This document shows, one piece after another, positions 37,509-51,018 of a stretch of 64,000 bases of DNA. Numbering within the stretch: position 1 is the first letter of the stretch; each line of letters begins with the position of its first letter. Made by a program: the position numbers and the translations under genes. The notes beneath the pieces are model-generated. The model made no database searches. It had not been told where the DNA came from and worked only from the letters and a program-made list of their open reading frames with translations. The stretch comes from Octopus sinensis (taxonomy: Eukaryota): positions 3,658,001 through 3,722,000 of the forward strand of contig NC_043012.1 of assembly GCF_006345805.1 (NCBI RefSeq). Direction: 5' to 3'.

Positions 37509-38869
37509 ATTATAAAAGGAATTTTTTAATATTTTTCAACTATTTTCCCTCAGTTTATTATGTTTTGTAGTGGTTTTTTTTTTTCGCATGCTATTTTGGG
37601 TTAAAAGATTGTTCAAATTTTCAGTATTTGCATAAACTACTGAAATAACAGTTTTTGGGGCTAAAAACTCTTAATTAGACTTGAAGAATAATTGTGTTCT
37701 GGCTATATGCATACTTTATAGTTGTTAATCATATGATAGAAAGCATGAATTGTGAAGTGGTTAGTGTGAATGATGTTGTGATGTTCATGCCACCATCGCA
37801 GTAAGAGTTGTTAGAGTGCCGAATGAAACGTCTTGCAGTAGTTTGTTGCATCCCTATGTATTCTGAGGTCAAATTCTTGCAGAGTCAATGTTGCCTTTGA
37901 TCTTTCTGGGGTCAGTAAATAAGAAGGAGTCTTGGACAACAGACTGGCAGAATTTCCAGAGCACTGAATGTTATGCCCGATGGTATTTCATTTGGTTCTT
38001 TAAGTTCTGAGTTCAAATTCTACTATGGCCTGCTTGAGTGGTAAACTTAATCTGTGACCTAGTAGAACAACACCATATGGTCCTAAGGTGTTTTTAACAG
38101 AGGTCACTCTGATGCATTTGGATGAGGGTACCTGACCCATTCCTTCCCACCAATCTTGGAGGTTCAGAAAAGGATTACGAGCAGTGTCCATCCATCAAAG
38201 TAATTATGCCCCTTTGCCCACAATGACCAATGTAATGCCAATATTAGGGTTTCTGTTGGTGGTGTTTAGAGTAGTAGTTCATTATGTAACCAGTTAACCA
38301 TTATATCTTACAACGACTGAAAATAGTTTGGAAGATTATGAACAAGTTATTTGATAACACTGTTGCCTGGCAATTGATAGATTTGTTCCATTGATCTGAC
38401 AGCTTGACTTGTTTCTCTTTTTCCTTTTTTGTATGACTTGTATCACTTTACATTGAGAAGTCTGCAAAACTTTTTAGAATTGGTTATTCAAACTTATCCA
38501 TGTATATATGTACACACACACACATTCACACACACACATCTGGTTTTGGGTTCAATGCCAGGGCAAATGTCTTCTACTATAGCCCTGGGTTGACCTATAC
38601 TTTGTGAGTAAATTTAATAAATGGAAACTGGCAGTCCATTGAGTGTGTGTGTGTGTGTTTGCACCAGCACTGGTTGACAACTGGTGTTGGTTTGTTTACA
38701 TACCTACAACTTAGTGGTTTAACAAAAGAGACCACTAGAATCAACACTTACATAATAAGCACTAAGGTTGATTTGTTCGACAAGACCTGTGATCCTTAAC
38801 CAGGGTCTATATGGTCCTTGGGTGTCAATATAAGATTTCGTTGATAAAATTTATATGCAATAAATTAGT

Positions 38870-39177
38870 TGTCGTTGTTTGTTCCTTCTCAAACCATACC
38901 TGGCTCATAAGGGCCGGTTTCCCAGTTTCCTTGGCGTATAGGTTCCCCACCTGGATGGGACGCCAGTCCGTTGCAGGTGAGCTGCAAAATGCAGGAGGAA
39001 AGAGTGAGAGAAAGTTGTGGCGAAAGAGTCAGAAGTTCACCATTACCTTCTGCCGGAGTCGCATGGAGCTTAGGTGTTTTCGCTCATCAACACACACATC
39101 GCCTGGTCTGAAATTCAAACCCGTGATTCCTCAACTGCTAGTCCGCTGCTCTCACCACTAGGCCATGTGTCTCCACC
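38870..39177 (-). mobile_element. SINE with family E-type head and distinct tail
   Basis: Shares AAGAGTGAGAGAAAGTTGTGG and GGAGCTTAGGTGTTTTCGCT with E copies. Tail ends in a (CAA)-like repeat. Confidence 0.75.
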
Positions 39178-40051
39178 GTTATGGTTGTACAATACACAAA
39201 TTATTTGAACAATTTTTTAATACAGTTCCTAATAACATTTAATTATAAAAATAAATAGGATTTTTTAAACATCAAATTGCTCTGCGGGTCCACTGGAAGA
39301 GAATAAGAATCAAAGGGATTGATAAATGGTTGAGAAACTCTGGATTAAACCTTTCAATGCAGTGTCGCAGTATGGCTGCAGTCCAATGACTGAAGCAAGT
39401 AATATATATATATACATACATATATATATATATATACAGTGTATGTACTCTTGCATTAATCATTTCTGGTGATTTCTTTTCTTATAGATCCGAGAAGGAA
39501 AATCTGATTGTTTGACAGTCATGCCTTTCTCTAGGACTTTAGTAGTGTAAGTGAAATGAAATGGCTATAATTGGTAATCAGAGCTTGTCCTGGAGTAGAT
39601 TTGCTAGGGGCATACATCTCGTTGTATGACACACACCACTAGAATTAATCGATTTTAGATGAATTTTGAATAATTTTGTTGGTTAGTCTAACACAGTATC
39701 TTCCATTTACTCATAAACAGCAAGACATTAACAACAGTGTATGAGAGAGCATTGGATGGTTGCAGTCTTTTGTTATAAGCATAAAGAAAGAGAGGAATTA
39801 TCCAAATTTGAATATTGGGAAACCTGCCTTCAGACATGAGAAGCATAATATTAATATCTATCAAGTTTGCTATGTATGTAAGTAAATGAATGTGTGAGTA
39901 AATTATCTATCTATCTATCTACCCACCCACCCATCCATCCATGTTTGTGTATATACATGTATGTATATATATATGTATTTGTATTTATATATATGTATAT
40001 ATATATATATATATATGCGTGTGTATATGTATATCAATGTGTGTATGCATT

Positions 40052-40085
<34 letters not shown>

Positions 40086-40570
40086 CTGATGTGTACATAT
40101 AAGTACATTTGCCTTATCTTCAGTTTGCACCAGATTTTAGCTATCAGCTACAGCAATAAAGATACAGGGATGTGATTTGTGATTATGAAGTAATCTTCTC
40201 ACCCAGTGGGTTATGAATGCTATTATGGAATAATATTTAGATCCTTTCAGTTGATAATTTTTGTTAGAAAACTTTTCCGTGGAACCTGTCTGCCTCGAGT
40301 CTGTATTGGAACTTATCATGCATGTGTGTGTTTTTGAATAAGTATAAGCATTACATTGATACCACGCTATTATGCTTGTCTCTGATCAACTGTCAATGCA
40401 AGTGGATCCTGACAATTCACCAATGAACACAAACTAAAGATTTTCTGAGACTCAGACACTTTCTCCTTGCATTAATGCCTTTTGTTTTTGTTTTCTTTTT
40501 TGATGCTGACAGGATCTGGAGATATGAATCAAACCATTTGTGTTTGTGTGTGGAGAAAGAGGAAAGTGCA

Positions 40571-40921
40571 AGCCTGGCACTGTGGTGGTTAAGGATGTTT
40601 ATTTGCAACTCTGTAGACCTGGGTTTGTCTCTAGTGCATGGCACCTTATGCAAATGTCTTATTTATCATTGGGTTGATCAATTGCCTTGTGAGTGGAATT
40701 TGGTCAGTGGAAAACATTTAAGAAGTGTGTGTGTGTGTGTGTGTGTACCTGTGTCTGTTTCTATGTTTACATCAGTCTGAGAAAAAGAGATGTCATTGTT
40801 TGTCTTTTGTCCCTTTATAACCTGTAACTTAGTGGCAAGTACTGGGTTGGTATGATCAACTATCATCTTGAAGGTGGTATTCCAGAATGGCTGCAGTCCA
40901 ATGATTGTAACCAGTAAAAGA
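40571..40921 (+). mobile_element. SINE family A, diverged
   Basis: GGCACCTTATGCAAATGTCTT...GAAGGTGGTATTCCAGAATGGCTGCAGTC. Confidence 0.7.
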
Positions 40922-43067
40922 TATGCACACAAACACAACACACATATGCTTGCACTCAAACATACACACATACACATACACATACACACACGGATACATA
41001 GACACACTGCACATTATTTTTCCCCATTAAATTTATATACATTTGTGTATATGCTTGTATAAATTCCTTTATAATTTAACATCAACCACTTCACTCAGAG
41101 TGTGGTGGGCTTATTAGTTGTGTCTTGCATTTGTTTGGAAAAATTTGGAAAATGATGTCATCTTACTTCTTGTATTGAGACTGAAACAATTATAGCCATT
41201 ACAGTTATTACTAAGTATTGAAATCTTGTCATGTAATTATGGACCTGGTCTGTGTTTCCCTTCTTCATTTTATTTGAAGGAAGAAGTTTGTATTGAAAAT
41301 ACTTGTGTATCAAAGGTATTCAAGCCATAACTCTTCCCCATTTCTTTTAGTTATAGTCTATCTAAGACTACAATATTCAATGTGTTCTTCCTTTGGTTTT
41401 TTTAAGACATTGGGGACTGACACAAGGGAAATTTAGCTATTATTATTAGATGTCAAGCAACCATCACTTGCTTATGACTATGTATGTTGTTGCTCAGTCC
41501 TAAGTCAACCTCAGTCAAGCAGATCTAGAATCAAAAGAATTCCAGCCATGTCCCTCCCATCTCAATTTATCTACATCTTCACTATCTTCAAGATGAAAGA
41601 TCGAGATATGAGGGTGATTTTGCTGTCATTTCTAGCAAGTCGCTATCATTGAAGCACTCAAACCTACTCTTCTGCCACATACATACACCTGACTTTTGCA
41701 CCACAGAAATGATGGTGTTTCTGATAAGAACATTCTCTGTCAGTAGATAGCTTTCTTGATAAGAACAAGCTCTGTCAGGATTCCATAATGGAAAGCTGTG
41801 TATATAATTCAGTAAATTGGTAATCATCTAAAAAAAAAATGGAAAAAAAAAAAATCTGTTACTTGTCTCGCTTTTTTATTTAATTAACGATAATATAATT
41901 AGCTTAGCTTATGATCAGATCAGTTTTGTTGTAAGCTGCATTACACTGAAGACTACATCAGATAGATATATTATTCACCCATGTTTTAATATCTTGTGTC
42001 ATTATCTGACATTGCTCACAGAAAATTAGATCATCTTAAATGTGAACATGTACATATGTTTGTACATTTCCATATAACCATTTGGCTTTCTTTGTATCTG
42101 TATACATGCATGTGTATATATATATAATTGTAGATTTGTGTGTGTGTGTATGTGGATTTGCTTTCAATAATCTTGTATTTGTGTATTAAAACCTACCATT
42201 AACTTGACAGTGAACCGAGTCTGCGACATGTCTTTTAATTCCTGGTTATAGCCATTTCCCCATCACTGATAATCCTATGTAAAGGCATGAGCACCCTATA
42301 TTCTCACTCCGTCTCACCTAAAACTGTGTGGCCCTGTGCCAATATTGTAAATCAATACTACTATTAGGTTTCTGTGCCGATTAAAATGATTAAATTAGTT
42401 CTGTAATCAAGGAAGTTTAAAACAACAATGTGATCATTTCACGAACCATGTGGGTGGAAAAATCTGAAATCAAAATTCAAATTGAAATCTATAATTCAAT
42501 TTAAAGAAAAAATAATTTTACTAATTTGAACTCAAATAATTTTTTCATTTAGAATCAAATTATTTTATCAATTTAGATTCAAATTATATTATCAGTTTGG
42601 TTTCAAATTATATTAATTATATGATCAATAGCAGTTCAAATTATTTCCTTTTTTTTTTCCCTCTTTTTTTTTTTAATCTTTAGTTTTTCACATTTTACTC
42701 TTTTGAGTTCAAATTTCAGTTTTTCATACATTGCCAGTGTCATAAAAAAAGTACTCAGTGCACTCCATAAAATGGTTGGGTTAGGGTCAGGAAGGGCATC
42801 CATCCAGCTATAGAAACCAGGCCAAAACAGACATTTGAGCCTGAAGCAGTCCTCTGGCTTGCCTGTTCCTGTCAAGTTTCCCCCTCCATGCCAGTTTGGG
42901 AAACAGCTAACAATTCTACCACTTCACCATAAATGTCAGGTTTTTTTTTTCTCTTTTACCCTGCTCTAAAATGGAACAGTGTTGAAATGGTAGCAAACAA
43001 CAAAATCTTTGAAGAAAATTTGATATATTTACCATCCCCCCCAAAATTATTTTTATTATCAAACATA

Positions 43068-43236
43068 GGTGTAGGAGTGGCTTTTTGGTAAAAAGCTTGC
43101 TTACCAAACACATGGTTCTGGGTTCAGTCCCACTGTGTGGCACCTTGGGCAAGTGTCTTCTACTATAGCCTCAGGCTGACCAAAGCCTTGTGAGTGGATT
43201 TGGTAGACGGAAACTGAAAGAAGCCCGTCATATATA

Positions 43237-43271
<35 letters not shown>

Positions 43272-43784
43272 CATCATCGTTTAACGTCCGCTTTCCATGC
43301 TAACATGGGTTGGACGGTTCAACTGGGGTCTGGCAAGCCCGAAGGCTGCACCAGGCCAGTCAGATCTGGCAGTGTTTCTACAGCTGGATGCCCTTCCTAA
43401 CGCCAACCACTCTGAGAGTGTAGTGGGTGATTTTATGTGCCACCGACACAGGTGCCAGACGAGGCTGGCAGATGGCCACGCTTGGATGGTGTTTTTTATG
43501 TGCCACCGACACAGGTGCCAGACGAGGCTGGCAGACGGCCACGCTCTGATGGTGTTTTTTATGTGCCACCGACACAGGTGCCATGTGTGTCTCTGTTTCC
43601 CCCCCCCCCGACATTGCTTGACAACCAATGCTGGTGTGTTTACGTCCCCATAACTTAGTGGTTCAGCAAAAGATACCGATAGAATAAGTACTAGGCTTAC
43701 ATAATAAGTCCTGGGGTCAGTTTGCTCGACTAAAGGCGGTGCTCTAGCATGGCCACAATCAAATGACTGAAACAAGTAAAGAGT
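43068..43784 (+). mobile_element. SINE A with reversed family B inserted in its central microsatellite
   Basis: A 5' half 43068-43260, B (minus) 43271-43582 including 63-bp tandem repeats, A 3' half 43585-43784. Confidence 0.85.
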
Positions 43785-44482
43785 AAACTAACAGTGTCTT
43801 GTTACCAATTGTTGTTGGTACCTTAAGAAAAAAAAGAAAATCCAAGTTATGTTTGTCCTGACTGACCTAGTCACTGGTTATGTGAATTGATTGGCCTTTA
43901 ATAATTCCAAGAGACAGAATTCAGAAGTCAGTGCTGCTGCTGATAATAATCTGTAGTTTGATGGCCAGCAAGATATTGGTTTCTTTTGTAGCAACAAGCT
44001 TAAGACTATTTGATTATTATTTTTTTTTTCGTTTTTAGATGTTATATAATTGTGACAAGGTAGGTTTCCATGCCAACCTAGCATTGTGACCTTCTAGATA
44101 AATACAGTTTTCCAATTAAAAACGCAAAAGTAATAATAATAATAATAATGATGCATTGTCTTCATACATATGTTGGTTTCAAAGAATGAGAAAGAAACAA
44201 AATAGTTGTGGGGTGGCATACTCATTCACACCCTCACATGCATGTGTACACATTCACACACACACACACACACGCATACTCATTCACATACATGCAAACA
44301 CATAGGCGCACACATGCATGCATACCAATTCACACACACATGCAATGTATATATTGCTTCTCACCCACATGGTTCTGGGTTCAGTCCCACTGCGTGGCAC
44401 CTTGGGCAAGTGTCTTCTACTATAGCCTCAGGCTGACCAAAGCCTTGTGAGTGGATTTGGTAGACGGAAAACTGAAAGAAGT

Positions 44483-44514
<32 letters not shown>

Positions 44515-44518
<4 letters not shown>

Positions 44519-44718
44519 TAATCCAAACAAGAAAGCACAAAAAAACACAACAACGTGAGGACGTGGAACAAATATAGTATTATTGGACGCTCAGGAAAGA
44601 AGGAGGGTTTAACGTTTCGAGTGGAGCTCTTCGTCAGAAACATAGGAGAAGGAAAGATCCAGAGAAGGGAAGACAGAGGAAAAAAAATCACCAACGGTAT
44701 ACACGAGGTCACATTTTG
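44515..44718 (-). mobile_element. Penelope-like/retrozyme-like short element
   Basis: About 200-nt insert within (TA)n that carries a hammerhead core. Confidence 0.65.
44607..44641 (-). ncRNA. Minimal type I hammerhead ribozyme motif
   Basis: GUUU-CUGACGA-A-GAG-CUCCA-CUC-GAAA-CGUU-AAAC: CUGANGA and GAAA cores, stem II GAG/CUC, palindromic ACGU stem III, GUU cleavage triplet, stem I GUUU/AAAC. Confidence 0.65.
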
Positions 44719-45080
44719 ATATATATATGTGTGTGTATGTGTTTGTGTGTCTGTGTTTGTACCCAATGTTGGTATGTTTACATCCCTGAAACTTAGCGGT
44801 TCAGCAAAAGAGACCAATACAATAAGTACTAGGCTTGAAAACAATAAATCCTGGGGTTGATTTGATCAACTAAAGGCGGTGCTCCAGCATGGCCACAGTC
44901 AAATGACTTACAGAAATAAAAGAATAAGTTATTTTTTTTCCCCCTCCAAGATAACTGCTGTTAATTTGTCTTTAGAAGTTGAAATGTGTCACAAACATAT
45001 TTTAGGTAGCCTAAAGTGTGCCTACGCATAAACACTGATACTGCTGAACAAACACACACACACACACACACACACTGTAT

Positions 45081-45410
45081 ATCATCATTTAATGTCTGTT
45101 TTTCATGCTGGCATGGGTTGGATAGTTTGACTGGAGCTGGTAAGGCCAAGGGCTGAACCAGGCTCCATTGTCTGTTTTGGCATGGATTCTATGGCTGGAA
45201 GCTCTTCCTAACTGGGTGCTTTTTATGTGGCACCAGCACCAGTTTCAATTTTGCTGTAGTAGATGGGTCTTCTTGGATACAGCTAGGCACCAGATATCTT
45301 TGTCCTTTGTCACCCTCTTTGTAAGCTTCAGTGTCTTGAGATCTGCCTTCAATATTTTATTCCATGTCTTCCTGGGTCTCCCTCTTCCACAAGTTTCATC
45401 TACTTTAAGT
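45081..45410 (-). mobile_element. RTE LINE 3' fragment (ORF2 end plus family B UTR)
   Basis: Minus translation KVDETCGRGRPRKTWNKILKADL lies directly upstream of the family B sequence. Confidence 0.8.
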
Positions 45411-45500
45411 GATCAGGAACTGAAACCCACAACCTTAAGTTTATGATCCTTATACCCTGACCACAAGGCCACATGATTTCATCTCCTGCCATACATATAT

Positions 45501-45862
45501 CTTTTACTTGTTTCAGCCATTAGACTGCGACCATGCTGGGGCACTGCCTTTAAGAATGTTTAGTTGACTGAATCGACCCTAGTACTTTTTTAAGCCTGGT
45601 ACTTATTTTATTGGCTCTTTTGCTGAACCGTTAAGTTATGGGAACATAAACACACCAACACTGGTTAAGTGATTGTAGTGTGGGGTGGGACAAACACACA
45701 CACATACATACATACATACACAACAGGCTTCTTTCAGTTTCCACCTACCAACTCCACTTACAAGACTTCAGTATACCTGAAGCTATAGAAGAAGACACTT
45801 GCCAAAGATGCCATGCAGTGGGACTGAACCTGGAACCGTGAGGTTGGGAAGCAAACTTCTTA

Positions 45863-45868
<6 letters not shown>
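45501..45868 (-). mobile_element. SINE family A
   Basis: Reverse-complement match. Confidence 0.85.
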
Positions 45869-45902
<34 letters not shown>

Positions 45903-47403
45903 TGTATTCTGAATAACTTGGGGTAGAGAGAACTCAAATACAGAGTGAAGGATATGATTTGTACAATCTGCAGGACTGGTGATACTCTTACTTGGAGTGA
46001 CATGAAATTGTTACATCATATCTCTGAGGGAGATATTCATGACAAACAACCAAATGATCATTAGGGAACAAAATACCCATTTAGTTCTTCAAGAGGCCAT
46101 TTCAGGAACGTTCTGTTTCCTGCTATGTGCAACACAGAAAGATAATTTACTTCTAAGCTACTGAGTTGTTTCCCTTAGCTCAGCTGGATGACAAATTTCA
46201 GAGCTAACATTTTTATATGAAAAAAATGAATATATGAAGAAAAGAAAATAAGTTACTAAATTCTTAGAAAGCGATGAGGGAAGATGAGAGGGAGGATGAC
46301 TAGGAGAGGGTGGACTCATAAAGGTTTAAGCCAGTGATATCTTGAGTGATATGAGAAAATTTTCATTAGGTGCTTAGGCGCATGTGTGTTTCTGAAACCC
46401 TTAGTTGCTATGTAGATTTGTGTTTATGTAGACATCATGATGTTTTTTTTGTCTTATTGCTGTATGTGCCGTAACTCTGTGGTTTGAGGTGAATACAGAC
46501 CGATAAACTATGTAACAGACAGAAAGAGGTGCTTTGGTTGATATGGGATTAACTTGAAGTGGGTGTTCTGGTTGGCAGCAATCCAAAATTAGAAATCAGT
46601 AAAAGTTTATTGGGTCACTATAGACACACTTTATAGACTCTCTCTCTCACTGCCCCTCTCTCTCTCCAGGTGCCATGCCTACAAGTGTTGGTGATCATGG
46701 ACCGAAGACTAAAGATTCATGATCTTTCTTGGGAAAGACACAACAGTAGTTTCCCCATTGCATTCTGCTTGTTTATTTCCTGTTTACTCTGCTAATGTCT
46801 TGCCCTCCCAAGCTTACCCTTAAGTAGGGGGACTAGTTTATGTGACATCAGAACATGTTCAGATACGAATGGGCTTGTGTGAGTCTAGTCAAAGGGCTAT
46901 CTCTCCTCTAAGTTTTGAATCCCTCGGCCACAGGATCATCTATTTGACCCATAACTAGAGTCCGCAAGAAATACCCCCACTTTGGGCCAGAATGAACCTG
47001 AGAATAGTGGTGGTGGTGGTGGTGGTGGTGGGACTAAAAGAGTGATTCTATTCATCCTAAAACACCTACTCCTAAGCTGGAGCCTTTCCACCAGTTTAAA
47101 ATATCTGTTTTGTGAGTATATTGAATATTGAGCTTTCTTTTAACCATTTCATGATTATTTTGCTGTTGAAATACACAACTGATGGGTTTTCAGTTATAAG
47201 AAAGAAAAAAATTGGAGAATTTGGAAGGATTTACAACCTTTTTAGACTGGGAATTGTCAGTAAGCAATTTGCTGAAAGTGTATTAATAGACAAACGTTGG
47301 TAGTAAGTGATTCTAATTGTCATGTGATTTTTAAAATGTTAATTTCCACAATATATATATATTTTTGTTAAAGTAATCTATTGAAATATTAAGTAGTGTA
47401 CTT

Positions 47404-48022
47404 CAACACTTTAGAATATAAACTGGCCATATCCAGCCTGAATATACTACCATATTTTATGTTCAAACCAGCCAGATTCAGTCCCTCACACCTACCTTAC
47501 AATGTTATTCTGAAAATAAGCAATCATGTAACTGAAATCTTAAAGGTATAGGCGTAGGAGTGGCTGTGTGGTAAGTAGCTTGCTTACGAACCACATGGTT
47601 CTGGGTTCAATCCCACTGTATGGCACCTTGGACAAGTGTCTTCTACTATAGCCTCAGGACGAGCCTTGTGAGAGGATTTGGTAGATGGAAACTGAAAAGA
47701 AGCCAGTATGTATATATGTATGTGTGTGTATATGTTGTGTGTCTGTGTTTGTCTCCCCCCAACATTGCTTGACAACTGATGCTGGTGTGTTTACGTCCCC
47801 ATAACTTAGCGGTTCGGCAATAGAGACCGATAGAATAAGTACTAGTCTTACAAAGAATAAGTCCTGGGGTCGATTTGCTCAACTAAAGGCAGTGCTCCAG
47901 TATGGCCACAGTCACATGAGTGAAACAAGTAAAAGAATATGAAATAATTCATGGATTAATTCAAAACAATGTGAATAAATAAGCATTAGATTTAACTGAA
48001 TAATTTGACTGCTAAAAGAGTT
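47404..48022. mobile_element. piggyBac-type MITE family 2 split by SINE A (47551-47936, +)
   Basis: The two halves match 20512-20729, with a full-length SINE A between them. Confidence 0.75.
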
Positions 48023-48315
48023 CAGGATTAAAATTGTATTTGGAACATATCTGAAATGATTCTTATCTAAAATTATGACAGGTTTCGATTTTGATAGGAA
48101 TATTTCAAAATGGACTGTTTTGTAACAACAGAAGGTAATCTCCTAATGGGTTGGTGACAAAAATGTTTTAATAAATTGACTAACTGAAACATCTGGTATG
48201 GCTGTGAGGTTTAGAAGTTTGTTTCAAAACCATATGGTTCCAAGTCTGATCTTGTGTGACATCTCGTGTCTTTCATAGATTTTGTTTAACTAATGTGTTA
48301 TGACTGAACACATTC

Positions 48316-48553
48316 GCGAGGTCGTCAGCGTGGCCGTTGCCAGTACCGCCTGACTGGTCCTCGTGCTGGTGGCACGTAAAAGCACCCACTACACTCTTGG
48401 AGTGGTTGGCGTTAGGAAGAGCATCCAGCTGTAGAAACTCTGCCAGATCAGATTGGAGCCTGGTGCAGCCATCTGGTTTGCCAGACCTCAGTCAAATCGT
48501 CCAACCCATGCTAGCATGGAAAGCGGACGTTAAACAATGATGATGATGATGAT
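48316..48553 (+). mobile_element. Family B (RTE 3' end), young copy
   Basis: CpG-rich near-consensus copy with (GAT)n tail. Confidence 0.85.
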
Positions 48554-48782
48554 GTTATGACTGAAATTTAGTATGCAGAAACTGTGCTGAAGCCTGTTCT
48601 TTATTTTTATATAAAGATTTGTTTTTATGTCAAGTTATATATATATAAAAACAGATTAACATTAAACTGAAGGATAACTCAATACATGTTTATTAAACAT
48701 TTACAAGGAAAAAGTTGACAGTGACTTCAAAGTTTCGATTTGCTTGCTTTTTGTCGGATGCACACACATGCATGACGTGCAG

Positions 48783-49225
48783 TGCTGGTACCATGTAAAA
48801 ACTACTCAGTACACTCTGTAAAATGGTTAGCATCAGGAAGGTCATCCAATGGAGAGACCATGCCAAAGCAGATATTGAAGCTAGGTGCAGTCTTTCTCTC
48901 TCTTCAGCTCCTGTCAAAACCATCCAACCCATGCCAACATGGAAAAAGAATGTTAAACAACGATGATGATGATGATATATATGTATGTATTAGGGCAGTG
49001 AGCTGGCAGAATCATTAGCATGCTGGGCGAAATGCTTAGCGGTAGTTTGTCTGCCGTTATGTTCTGAGTTCAAATTTCACCAAGGTTGACTTTGCCTTTC
49101 ATCCTTTCAGGATCGATTAAATAAGTACCAGTTTACACACTGGGGTTGATGTAATTGACTTAATCCCTTTCTCTGTCCTTGTTTGTCCCCTCTATGTTTA
49201 GCCCCCTGAGGGCAATAAAGAAATA
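48783..49225 (+). mobile_element. Family B copy followed by SINE C (48992-49224)
   Basis: Matches to both families. Confidence 0.8.
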
Positions 49226-49449
49226 GATACACATGCATTGATTTTGACATGTTCCTAAAGCAATCTTTTAAAGCCAGTTTGCCAATGATGAACATCCTGT
49301 TGGTGCACTGCTAGAGCAATATTCATTCTGAAGCAAAATCTGAAGATTTATCATATGAAATAAGCTCACAGATTCATTGACTGATTGTCATAGCTAGAGA
49401 ATTCTTCGCATTAAGGATACTGAACTTATCTTTTTGAGTGGAAGATGGA

Positions 49450-49680
49450 AGCACTCCGTCGGTTACGACGACGAGGGTTCCAGTTGATCCGATCAACGGA
49501 ACAGCCTGCTCGTGAAATTAACGTGTAAGTGACTGAGCACTCCACAGACACGTGTACCCTTAACGTAGTTCTTGGGGATATTCAGCGTGACACAGAGAGT
49601 GACAAGGCGGGCCCTTTGAAATACAGGTACAACAGAAACAGGAAGTAAGAGTGAGAGAAAGTTGTGGTGAAAGAGTACCT
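49450..49680 (-). mobile_element. SINE family E, 3' part
   Basis: Matches 61025-61230 (CGACGAGGGTTCCAGTTGAT...GAGCACTCCACAGACAC). Confidence 0.8.
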
Positions 49681-50383
49681 GTAAAAGAAAGAAAGAAGTG
49701 GGCATAAAACACCCAAATTATTTATATTTTCCGATAATTTTTAATTTCTGAGATTGGCACAAGGCCATTTTGAGGAAGGTTGTATGTGATTTTAATGTAC
49801 TTCAGTACGCAATTGATATTTAGTTATTTGACCCCTGAATGATGAACAGTTAACTTTGACCCCATCCAGTATTTCATAATAATAATGATAACTTCTGACA
49901 TTGGCTCAGGGTCACATTTTGGAAAAGGATGTAGTTGGTTTAATTAACCCCAGTATTTGATGACCGATACTTAAATTGTTCCCGATGTGATTAACAAATG
50001 ACTATGACCCCCACCACCTTTAACGAGTTAATTTTTTAGAATGTTTTTTATGATAATAATGATGATGATGATGATGATAGACATTAAGTCTAGTGGAGAG
50101 AATTCATTTTTACATGAGGTAAAGTTCAAGTTACTTTCCCTATTTGCTTGTTTGAAGGTTGCCAAAGTAATGTAGTCACTGAAATCCTTGACTCTACAAC
50201 CTAGCTACTAATGTCTGTTTGGATGAGGCACTGGGCCAACTTTATACCAATCAGTGTTTAATAGCAATGCAACAGCTTATCTTGGATAGTTTCTCATGAC
50301 TTTTGGGTCAGCAATCCAACAATTTCACTCCTCAGCTACCATACATGCACCTGCACACCTACACACACAAACCTCACATTATG

Positions 50384-50472
<89 letters not shown>

Positions 50473-50795
50473 TCAGTAATAACCCTTAATATAATGAATG
50501 TATTTATATTTAAAGGGAATAATTATATATTTTTTGTATAATTTTTTCCCCTTTACTGGTTTTTCATGCTGGCTACTTGATAAATTCTTATATAGATCTT
50601 ATCCTTATTTTTAATATATATATATATACACATATATATTGTGAATATGTGTATGACAGGCTTCTTTCAATTTCCATCTACCAAATTCACTCACAAGACT
50701 TTGGTTGGCTCTGGGCTATAAAGAAGACACTTGCCCTAGATGTCACACAGTGGGACTGAACCCAAAACCACATAATTGGGAAGAAAACTGCTTAA

Positions 50796-51018
50796 CCCTT
50801 TTGATACCAACCCGCCTGAAACTGCCTCTGACTCTGTAGTACAAATGCCTTGTTTTTAAAAGTTCTGATTTAAAATCTTCCACCAAACCATAGTCACAAT
50901 TTATGTTCCTAACACTAGCTGAATGATAACTAAGTTATTTTACTAAATTCTTTGTTATATTTAAAATTAATTGAAAGAAACACAGAGCATCAAAAACAGA
51001 AATATGGTAATAAAAGGG
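50796..51018. mobile_element. piggyBac-type MITE (family 1) nested in SINE A
   Basis: TTAA-CCCTTTTGATACCA...TGGTAATAAAAGGG-TTAA. It duplicates the TTAA in the SINE A sequence CTTAACCACACAGC (host on minus, 50650-51035). Confidence 0.85.

Larger units (their letters stand above)
44355..44925 (+). mobile_element. SINE A interrupted by hammerhead-bearing element
   Basis: A halves flank 44515-44718 at the (TA)n tract. Confidence 0.85.

Noticed and set aside
43281-43775. 164-aa ORF with repeated WHLCRWHIK
   Set aside because: Spans a SINE tail and the 63-bp tandem repeat of the RTE UTR. The same peptides recur in other repeat copies.
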